Below are positions 21,188 to 29,150 of a stretch of 29,150 nt of DNA, one piece after another. The notes under the pieces are model-generated. The model was given only the letters and a program-made list of their open reading frames with translations. It was not told the origin of the DNA and made no database searches. Position 1 is the stretch's first letter, and every line of letters begins with the position of its first letter. The position numbers and the translations under genes are program-made. The DNA is from Tubiluchus corallicola (Eukaryota; Animalia; Priapulida), in NCBI GenBank assembly GCA_030141605.1, contig JAQGDQ010000490.1:1-29150 (forward strand). Direction: 5' to 3'.

Positions 21188-21739
21188 TGGTTATATGTCA
21201 GTTGCATTCTTGTGTGGACAAGGAAAATCAACAATACTGTGTAGATACCCAGGCATTTTGGGATGGAGACATCATGCTTTGCGAAATCGAATGCGGCACG
21301 AATACAACTCTTACACTGGAAATACTACAACATATATCAAATTACACTAGAAGGGGTTGGATCGACGATCTTCGATTCTTAAACTATGCAGACGACGTTC
21401 TGCCCCATGAGTTCTTGAAAAACGTCTCGATGCTTAACCTGCTATTTGCTAATACAAGCATCAGCAGAATCAGGGAATTTGATCTGGCTGCAAAATGCAC
21501 ACGTCTGTACTTGTTCGACAATCCCAATTTAACCAGCATTCATGAAGGAGCGTTTAATCGTGAAACAGTCAAAGTTATAATTATTAAGAACAGTGAAAAT
21601 TTAAAAGAACTTGACTTGGATCTTTCTGCGGCGTTGCAGTTGGAGACACTGGCGATTATAGGAACCTCAATTAGAACGCTGGCAAAACCACGTCTCTCGC
21701 CACATTACCCTACACGACGTCTTGAGATAAGGTTGTCGG
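21188..21739 (+). CDS. LRR protein exon 2 (Cys-rich N-cap + ~5 divergent LRRs)
   Basis: Acceptor TTTTTTCTTGCAG; repeats LNLLFANTSISRI, TRLYLFDNPNLTSIHEGAF, KVIIIKNSENLKEL, LETLAIIGTSIRTL, RLEIRLS; phase-1 donor CGG|GTAATA. Confidence 0.82.
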
Positions 21740-21822
21740 GTAATATATACTATCTACATCTTAGAAATTGTCTTTTGGTTATACATTGAAAGACTTACGT
21801 AATTGGAAAAGAAAATTATTAA

Positions 21823-22280
21823 CCCTTTCAGTCCCAAATTAGTTTTTTAATAAGTAAAAAATTTTTGGCTTGGTACTTTTGTTCAGTATGTCCATCTTGT
21901 TTACACATAATAATTATTTTTTCTACCTGTGCCCGCGTGTTAAATATAGCCTGAATCCCACGGGATACATTGACATTCAATGGAAGCATAAAATGTGCTT
22001 CATTTTGCAACTGATGATAATGTTTTAAAGTATTTAAGACATTTAGTATGCATGCTATGCTGATCTGTACAAAGTCATCTCTAAACCACTGTACCTTATG
22101 CTGTTTTTATGCTATGTGGATGTTCTAGTTTGCCATTTTATTACCATTTTAGTCTATTGTTATTGGCTTAACCTCAAAGTAACTATTAACAGATCAAATA
22201 ACTGTCAGTTTTAAAATTTTATTGATTTTAAAGGCAGAAAATATTCTCGTATCCTACGGGATACAACGGGTATGAAAGGG
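21823..22280 (-). mobile_element. piggyBac-like MITE, copy 3 (inverted; LRR intron 2)
   Basis: TTAA|CCCTTTCAGTCCC...GGGTATGAAAGGG|TTAG. Confidence 0.88.
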
Positions 22281-22559
22281 TTAGTACAAAACCAAGTTCT
22301 TCGGCAAGTTGGCATGGATATGTAAAGGCACCAATGATAAAAAGAGGCTTTCACCATTGCACTATATTGTTTATGCTTGCGAAAATTTTTATAATAGCCT
22401 AACGATGTTCATTGTTTAATTCTGAGGCATCCATTTCGTTTTCACTGCTAAAGTTTCCGCCAAACTACTAAATGAAGAATGACCACAAAGTTTAATGTGA
22501 AATTTCCTCAACAGATTCTTAGGAAAATCTCTTTGTAGAACTGTAGGTCGAATTGGAGG

Positions 22560-22910
22560 TTTGCAGCACTTCTCACTTTCTCGGTTTTCAATGTAAACAC
22601 ACATTGCTGCCAGAATACTGCACATAAAATTCCAAAATTTTGCCAACATAAACGACCAAGTTTGGTAATAAGTTACCCCACGTCTGGTAGTACGTATCCC
22701 TCGATGATACTTACTCAAATCATAATTTCATTTTTCCTAGACCTTACTAAACTAGTTTATATTTTATTTTTTGAATTTCTAGTTGCGCTTATAGTTTAGC
22801 TTGCACCAGACGCATTTGCCCAGAACAGCGTATGTTTTTATATGAACTAACACTGATTGTCTGTCTTTTATTATTATGGTCAATGCTTTTAAATTGGCAA
22901 ATAAAGATTT
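22560..22910 (+). mobile_element. Possible degenerate LINE 3' end
   Basis: AATAAA immediately before the (TAC)n tract; only faint LP.VW-like coding remnants. Confidence 0.3.
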
Positions 22911-23147
<237 letters not shown>

Positions 23148-23376
23148 TGGTACAAGTGAAATCATTTAGGTGTGAAAACAGGTTTAGAAATTATGCATTC
23201 ATAAAGACTGTAGAAGCCAATGAAAATTTAAACAGGAAAGAGAAAGTTCAACAATTTTAACAAGAGCACCTGAAGGTGGCAGCACTATCCAAAACTAAAA
23301 AAGTATGATGACATTAGGATAAATATACAACATAAATTTAGATTTAGAATAATTAAAAATGATTTTCTTTTGTCCA
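23148..23376 (-). repeat. 3' LTR (229 bp, internally deleted)
   Basis: TGG...CCA termini; 23151-23375 appears identical to 28926-29150. Confidence 0.92.
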
Positions 23377-23387
23377 TCCTCCCCCTC
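23377..23387 (-). promoter_or_regulatory. Polypurine tract
   Basis: Minus strand GAGGGGGAGGA directly before the TG of the 3' LTR. Confidence 0.9.
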
Positions 23388-23395
23388 GTGATGTG

Positions 23396-26300
23396 TCAAC
23401 CATCACCACACGATTCCAGGATGCAGATTTTGGAAATTGGTCTCGTCATTTGTTGATTGCCAACTTGAATTTTTGCAACTCTTACATGACCATCTTGCCC
23501 TGGATAGGTTTTGACGATTCGCCCAAGAGGCCAGTTTCCTCTAGTAGTTGCTGGATCTACAAATAAAACCACATCGCCAACTGAAACCTCGGGTTGCTGA
23601 CGGCGCCATTTGTTTCTTGGGCTTAGTTCTGGCAACCATTCTTTTAACCATCTCCTCCAAAAATGATGGACTAACTCTTGCACTCGTCTCCATCTTTTCC
23701 TAGGATGGTATGCAGTTGAGTCCAGTGCTTCCAGGGCAAGCTGCCCGCCGATTTGACCAAACAGAAAATGATTTGGGGTTAAAGGAATGGTATCCTGTAC
23801 GTCAGCTGATTGGTATGTTAGTGGCCTCGAGTTAATGAGCGCCTCTGCTCCAGTGAAGGCAGTAGTTAGTTCCTCGTCTGTTATGTCAGCATTGCCTAGA
23901 ATTGCAGTGATAGCTTTCTTTGCAGACTTGATCATTGATTCGTGGACTCCACCAAAGTGAGGTGCCATCGGTGGAATAAACAGCCACTCCACTCCTGTTA
24001 GTTTGGTGATTTTTCCCTGGTTAAACTCATTTACTAGTTCTCTTAGCTCTCGATCTGAGCCAACAAAATTAGTTCCATTATCGGAGATCATTTGCTGTGG
24101 CATCCCTCGACGATTTGTGAACCTGTGGAAAGCATTTAAGAATGAATCTGTGTCTAATCCGTAAGCTACTTCCAAATGTACAGCTCTTGTAGCAGTACAA
24201 GTGAAAAGGCATAAGTATCTTTTCAAGCGAGCTTTTCCACGTCCTTGCTTTGTGAAGAATGGACCAGCAAAGTCTACAGCCGTTCTCGTAAAGGCTCTCA
24301 TTGAAGGTGCAATGCGGTGTTGAGGTAATGGTGCCATAATTTGTGTTGCAGCTTTAGCCTTCCGTAGTCGGCACTGAAGACAAGACTTTTCACAGTCGCG
24401 AATCTCTTCTCGACCAGCCATAACCCAGAATTTGCTTGACAAGGAACACAATGTCTGGTTAATTCCAGCAACATGTTTGCCTTTGTCATGATGGTGCTTC
24501 ACAATCAAATGTGTCACCCAGTTTTTCCGTGGTAAGATTATGGGGTACCGTGTGTCATACGATAGAAATTCGGCGTGTTCCAGACGTCCATGACATCGCA
24601 GGAGACCATCTTCATCAATTTTGGGGTTTAGCCGCAATAGTTTGCTTGATGGCGGTAACTGCTTTCCACTTTCAAACTTTGAGTATTCTTCAGCAAATGC
24701 TGTCTTCTGCATATTTCCGATGACAGTTGATTCAGCTTGGCTCAGTTCTTTGCAAGTAAGCTCTCCACATTCTCGATTCTCGTACACTGCTACACAATTG
24801 TTTAAGAAACGAAATACCCATCCATAAACTCTTAGAAGTCGTGTCCATGAAGAAAACCGTTCGGGTTGCAGTCTCTCCAAATTTATTTTTTGAGTACAAA
24901 ATGTCGTAACCACAGTTTTCTTCATCTCATCTGTGGCTGACTGTTGCTTTCTAACGATCATTGCCGGCCACGATGCAGGATCTTTTTTGAGAAATGCTGG
25001 TCCTTTTAACCAAATTGAGTTCTCTGCAATTTCGTCTATAGTTGCACCACGTGAAGCTAAATCAGCAGGATTTTCTTTGGTTGGCACATGCCTCCATTGT
25101 TCGGGATCCGTGTGACTTTGTATATTTCCAATCCTATTGGCTACAAATGGCTTGAATGCTCTGCTTCTTCCATGTATCCACCATAACACATCCATGCTGT
25201 CTGACCAAAACGTCACCTTGGTAATAGAAATTTGCAGTGTTGTTGTGGTTGACAAGCTAAGTTGTAAGCCAAGCACAGCTGCCATTAGCTCCAATCTTGG
25301 TACACTGACGACTTTCAGTGGAGCAACTCGTGTTTTTGATGCTACTAGCCTGGTGTCTACAGTGCCATTGATGTACGATGTTCGAGCATAAACAGCGCAA
25401 GCATAAGCTTGTTGTGAAGCATCAACAAAAGTATGGATGTCCATACAGACAACTATTTGAGTCTGATCCATCCGCAGACAACGTGGAATTGTAAGCAGCT
25501 CCAGCTTTCCTAACTCCAATAACCATTGCCAAATTTTTGTCTCCAAACAAGCATTTATTGTGTCATCCCAGCCAAAGCCTGCTGTCCAAATTTCTTGCAG
25601 TAATATCTTCCCACGAACTACAAATGGAGAAATAAATCCTGCAGGGTCAAAAATTGTTGCTAGTTTTCTCAGAACATTTCTCTTTGTCATCTTGAATTCG
25701 AGTGGTGGCATGTTGATGTGAAATGCAAAAACATCTGAACTTGCTCTCCAAATGACACCCAAAGTTTTGGTTGTTGGCAGCTCATGTTCTAAATCTATTT
25801 CTTGCAGGCGTTGTTCCACTGGTATTTCTGCTAAGACTTCTGATGAGTTCGACAACCATTTTCTTGCATACATGCCAGCTAGCGCCCAGAGTTCTGACAG
25901 TTCATGGTACAAAGTCTTTCCATCTTCAACCGTAGGAACAGAATCCATGCTGTCATCCATGTATGTTGAATGCAGCACAGTCTCTGCAGCCATTGGAAAT
26001 TTCTCTTGATTCTTTCTTGCATGTTCCTGTGTAACAAGTTGAGCTAAAAACGGTGATGCATTTTCTCCAAAAACTATGCGACAAAACTCATATTCATCTG
26101 GTTGCCTAGTGGTGTCAAGATTTCTCCAGAGGAAACGATGAAAAGGTCTGTCTTCTTCAGCTATTCCTATGCGAAGGTACATTTCAGCAATGTCACAGAC
26201 CAGGGCAATTGGTTCCTTCCGAAATCGAAGTAGAACGCTATTCAGGTCTTGCTGCAATTTTGGTCCTTGATGCACGGTATCATTCAAGGAAACTGCGTCA

Positions 26301-28777
26301 CATTTGGCAGAGCCATCAAAGACTATTCGGCATTTTGTAGTTGATCGATCATGACGCACCACTGCAAAATGTGGAAGATGCCATTTGGGAACTGTTGTTA
26401 ATTCACCTGGTGCCACTTTTCGTATATACTCTTTCTCCAAATATTGCTCTATTGTGTCACAGTACTGCTTTGCAATTTCCGGGTTCTTTATTAACTTCTT
26501 TTCTGTGTTGATCAAGCGCTTCATTGCCATCTCTTTGTTGTCTGGTAGTTTTACACCTTCATCTTTCCACGGAATTTGTACTTCATAACGTCCATCAGCA
26601 TATTTCAGTGTTTCCAAAGTTTTCTTTTTGACCAATGCATCTTCAATGCTGATTGGCTGACCCTTTTCTTCGAGGCCAAAATTTTCATACTCCCAGAAAC
26701 GTCGAAGTGTTCCGTTAATTTCTCTGTTTAAAGTTTCTTCTCTGTTTAGGACACACATCGCAAAATGGGTGTAAGCATCTCTTATTTTCTCTTTTGTCTG
26801 CCCTACACATGTCCAGCCAAGTGGTGTCAATCGTGCAATTGGCTCTTCATTGGATCTTCCAGCCACTTCTCCTAGTGATTTGTGTAACAATGGGTAGTCT
26901 AAACCAATCAGCATATCGACTTTCAAAGGGCGGCTTAGTTTTGGAAAATTAATGTTTCTAAGGTGAAACCATTGGTTAGCATGGTGATTCCAGTCGTACG
27001 CTTTCAGGTTTCCAGTAACACTGTCTACTGCCTTTGCAGTTATCATCATGTCCAGGGTACTTTCTACATTTTCCAATCCCATGTGAACTGGCATAGTCTC
27101 GAATGTTGTCACATTTCCATTCAAAACGCTGACAGAAATTTCTTCGATTGTCCCTTGTAAACCAAGTTCAGCAGCTACTGATGAATTCACGAATGTTGAT
27201 GTGCTGCCATCATCAAGAAGTGCATTAACCTGGAGACGTCTTGTACCATTTTTCAGGATTACAGGAACTGTCCTCATGGCGATCATTGATGAGTTTTTAC
27301 CCTTTACCGTCATCGTAGTCAGCTGTACTTGAGTACCTGTGGATGTTGTCTCCCCCTCTTGCTTCCTTTGCTCTACAATGGCTTTTGGCATGCTACTCGA
27401 TTTAGGATATGTTTGATGAAGAAGCCTGTTGTGATTCTGTGTGCATGAATTTATTCCACAACTTCGCATTCTATAACATCGGCTAGCTTGGTGGTCATCG
27501 CCCAGACATTGGAAGCACAGCTTGAGTTTTGTGACAGCGTTCCATCTCCCATCCATGTCCAAATCCTTGAACTTCTGGCAAAACCAAATAGGGTGATCTT
27601 CTGTGCAGAATGCACATCTTCTACCAGGTGTCTTTCGCATTGCATGTGGCTGTTTTGATTGATTAATGCTTCCCTGCTTTGCAAAAAATGTTTTGTTTTT
27701 CCATTTCGGTTTCTCATTCTGTGCTGTGCTTCCAACTCCGTAGACAATCTCAAAAGCCTGTGTTCTGCATTCTGCTTCTCGCACAATCCACTCTTTGAGA
27801 ACCATGACAGAATCTTCTTTCTTATTTTCTAAAATCCAACATTTGTAATCCTTCACCATTTGCTCTGTTAACTTCTCCAGTAGCATGCTGTAGAACATTT
27901 GGCTATTTAACTCATTTTCTAGTCCAAACTCCTTGATGTTAATTATTGCAATGTCGAGCAAATCAGCAAATTTACCAAGATCATCTGGGTTGTTAGCTCG
28001 CACTGGTTTGAAACTTCGCAATTCCTGGAACTGTAGTGCTATCTGTCTCGATTTCCCTCCAAACTTTCGCTCTAATCGCTGTAACGCAGCATCGTATGCC
28101 ATAGCTGAATGTCCCAGATCAGAAATTGCTTGCAGTGCCACACCCGATAAATATTGCCTAAGCTGAAGCAATTTGTATTCCTTTGTTGCTGGTGCATCAT
28201 TTACACAGGCATTGAATGCAGCTTTCCAGTTCTCATATTCTTTCACATCTCCGGAAAACATTGGAATCCTAACTCTTTTCAATTGCTTCCACAAATCCCT
28301 ACCAATGGATGGTTCCTCCGGCTCTTGACTGACAGCAGACGAGTGTAACTGCACTGGTTGTTTTTTATTACCATTAATCATTTTCAACTTCTGTTGATAA
28401 TCATTTGATGCTTTTTCAAAAATCTCGTTCAGCTTTTCCATTTCTTGTTCCATTTTCTCAATCATATCAACATCATCCAGCGTGCAGTAATATTCATGCA
28501 ACTCTCTAATAATGTCAGTAGTTCTTACTTGTATCAGATCCATCTGCTCCCAATGCTGTTTTATTAACTGTAAATCCTCCTGTTCCCATAGAATGACTCC
28601 AAACCGGTTGATCTGCTTTGTAAACTGTTGTTTTGCAGCCATTTTTTCCTTTTTCAAGGCTTTGACTCGGTCACCAATCCTTTCACTGGACTGTCCTCCA
28701 CTTGCTTCACTGTTTTTGCTTTCTTCACCATCTTTTGACGAAGTATCAACTGCACCTTTTTGTCCTGTTGTAGGCAT
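23396..28777 (-). CDS. BEL/Pao Gag-Pol polyprotein (~1793 aa from the ATG at 28777)
   Basis: DUF1759-like gag (IPMFSGD), three Cys/His knuckles, protease LLDDGS, RT (RIVFDGS, YMDD), Pao RNase H (FVDASQQAY, PRLELMAA, NPADLASRG), integrase HHCC and D,D,E (VDFAGP, SDNGTNF, GGVHE). No stops. Confidence 0.97.
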   Translation of the reverse strand: MPTTGQKGAVDTSSKDGEESKNSEASGGQSSERIGDRVKALKKEKMAAKQQFTKQINRFGVILWEQEDLQLIKQHWEQMDLIQVRTTDIIRELHEYYCTLDDVDMIEKMEQEMEKLNEIFEKASNDYQQKLKMINGNKKQPVQLHSSAVSQEPEEPSIGRDLWKQLKRVRIPMFSGDVKEYENWKAAFNACVNDAPATKEYKLLQLRQYLSGVALQAISDLGHSAMAYDAALQRLERKFGGKSRQIALQFQELRSFKPVRANNPDDLGKFADLLDIAIINIKEFGLENELNSQMFYSMLLEKLTEQMVKDYKCWILENKKEDSVMVLKEWIVREAECRTQAFEIVYGVGSTAQNEKPKWKNKTFFAKQGSINQSKQPHAMRKTPGRRCAFCTEDHPIWFCQKFKDLDMDGRWNAVTKLKLCFQCLGDDHQASRCYRMRSCGINSCTQNHNRLLHQTYPKSSSMPKAIVEQRKQEGETTSTGTQVQLTTMTVKGKNSSMIAMRTVPVILKNGTRRLQVNALLDDGSTSTFVNSSVAAELGLQGTIEEISVSVLNGNVTTFETMPVHMGLENVESTLDMMITAKAVDSVTGNLKAYDWNHHANQWFHLRNINFPKLSRPLKVDMLIGLDYPLLHKSLGEVAGRSNEEPIARLTPLGWTCVGQTKEKIRDAYTHFAMCVLNREETLNREINGTLRRFWEYENFGLEEKGQPISIEDALVKKKTLETLKYADGRYEVQIPWKDEGVKLPDNKEMAMKRLINTEKKLIKNPEIAKQYCDTIEQYLEKEYIRKVAPGELTTVPKWHLPHFAVVRHDRSTTKCRIVFDGSAKCDAVSLNDTVHQGPKLQQDLNSVLLRFRKEPIALVCDIAEMYLRIGIAEEDRPFHRFLWRNLDTTRQPDEYEFCRIVFGENASPFLAQLVTQEHARKNQEKFPMAAETVLHSTYMDDSMDSVPTVEDGKTLYHELSELWALAGMYARKWLSNSSEVLAEIPVEQRLQEIDLEHELPTTKTLGVIWRASSDVFAFHINMPPLEFKMTKRNVLRKLATIFDPAGFISPFVVRGKILLQEIWTAGFGWDDTINACLETKIWQWLLELGKLELLTIPRCLRMDQTQIVVCMDIHTFVDASQQAYACAVYARTSYINGTVDTRLVASKTRVAPLKVVSVPRLELMAAVLGLQLSLSTTTTLQISITKVTFWSDSMDVLWWIHGRSRAFKPFVANRIGNIQSHTDPEQWRHVPTKENPADLASRGATIDEIAENSIWLKGPAFLKKDPASWPAMIVRKQQSATDEMKKTVVTTFCTQKINLERLQPERFSSWTRLLRVYGWVFRFLNNCVAVYENRECGELTCKELSQAESTVIGNMQKTAFAEEYSKFESGKQLPPSSKLLRLNPKIDEDGLLRCHGRLEHAEFLSYDTRYPIILPRKNWVTHLIVKHHHDKGKHVAGINQTLCSLSSKFWVMAGREEIRDCEKSCLQCRLRKAKAATQIMAPLPQHRIAPSMRAFTRTAVDFAGPFFTKQGRGKARLKRYLCLFTCTATRAVHLEVAYGLDTDSFLNAFHRFTNRRGMPQQMISDNGTNFVGSDRELRELVNEFNQGKITKLTGVEWLFIPPMAPHFGGVHESMIKSAKKAITAILGNADITDEELTTAFTGAEALINSRPLTYQSADVQDTIPLTPNHFLFGQIGGQLALEALDSTAYHPRKRWRRVQELVHHFWRRWLKEWLPELSPRNKWRRQQPEVSVGDVVLFVDPATTRGNWPLGRIVKTYPGQDGHVRVAKIQVGNQQMTRPISKICILESCGDG

Positions 28778-28793
28778 GGTCACAAAAACTACT

Positions 28794-28804
28794 CTCTGCT
28801 ACCA
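28794..28804 (-). promoter_or_regulatory. Primer-binding site (tRNA-iMet-like)
   Basis: Minus strand TGGTAGCAGAG, complementary to the CUCUGCUACCA 3' end of animal initiator tRNA-Met; 6 nt from the LTR. Confidence 0.8.
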
Positions 28805-28810
28805 AACTTT

Positions 28811-29150
28811 TGGTTTGAAGAAACCAAAAAAACTTGAGATTTATTTTTAAGATTTTATTCTGAAATGCCTACATAAACAGTGAAGTAGTGTCATGTTGAA
28901 AAGCAGAAAACCAAGTGACCAGAACTACAAGTGAAATCATTTAGGTGTGAAAACAGGTTTAGAAATTATGCATTCATAAAGACTGTAGAAGCCAATGAAA
29001 ATTTAAACAGGAAAGAGAAAGTTCAACAATTTTAACAAGAGCACCTGAAGGTGGCAGCACTATCCAAAACTAAAAAAGTATGATGACATTAGGATAAATA
29101 TACAACATAAATTTAGATTTAGAATAATTAAAAATGATTTTCTTTTGTCC
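28811..29150 (-). repeat. 5' LTR (~341 bp)
   Basis: TGGT...TTTTGTCC(A); contains two AATAAA on the minus strand within 28815-28926. Confidence 0.9.

Larger units (their letters stand above)
23148..29150 (-). mobile_element. BEL/Pao LTR retrotransposon, essentially full length
   Basis: Single gag-pol ORF with PR-RT-RH-IN order, two LTRs, PBS and PPT. The window ends 1 nt before the expected terminal base. Confidence 0.97.

Noticed and set aside
24298-28850. Short ORFs overlapping gag-pol
   Set aside because: Antisense or alternate-frame shadows without motifs.

Overview
AT-rich, intron-containing eukaryotic (probably invertebrate animal) DNA, dense in transposable elements; the organism cannot be named from this window. 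(1) A near-perfect ~2.64-kb inverted duplication (arms ~19-2658 and 4314-~6945) surrounds a 1.65-kb loop. The loop holds the 5' half of a LINE: a 2A-like NPGP motif and an intact APE endonuclease, but no RT. Each arm carries a solo LTR, a hAT MITE and an orphan terminal exon (LRRCT cap plus hydrophobic TM/GPI-like tail) that runs into a 62-bp minisatellite. (2) A two-exon B4GAT1-like glycosyltransferase gene lies on the - strand; its 5.7-kb intron contains a LINE nested in a hAT MITE. (3) A divergent + strand LRR gene has a signal-peptide exon at 19962-20013 and an LRR exon at 21188-21739. Its missing last exon is phase- and motif-compatible with the LRRCT exons 13 kb UPSTREAM in the palindrome. 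(4) A young, intact BEL/Pao LTR retrotransposon lies on the - strand; its 3' LTR lacks 112 bp that include the AATAAA motifs. MITEs, a tRNA-derived SINE and microsatellites fill the rest. The most novel candidate is the palindrome / displaced LRRCT exon / endonuclease-only LINE configuration. An assembly fold-back artefact has not been excluded. All alignments were done by eye.
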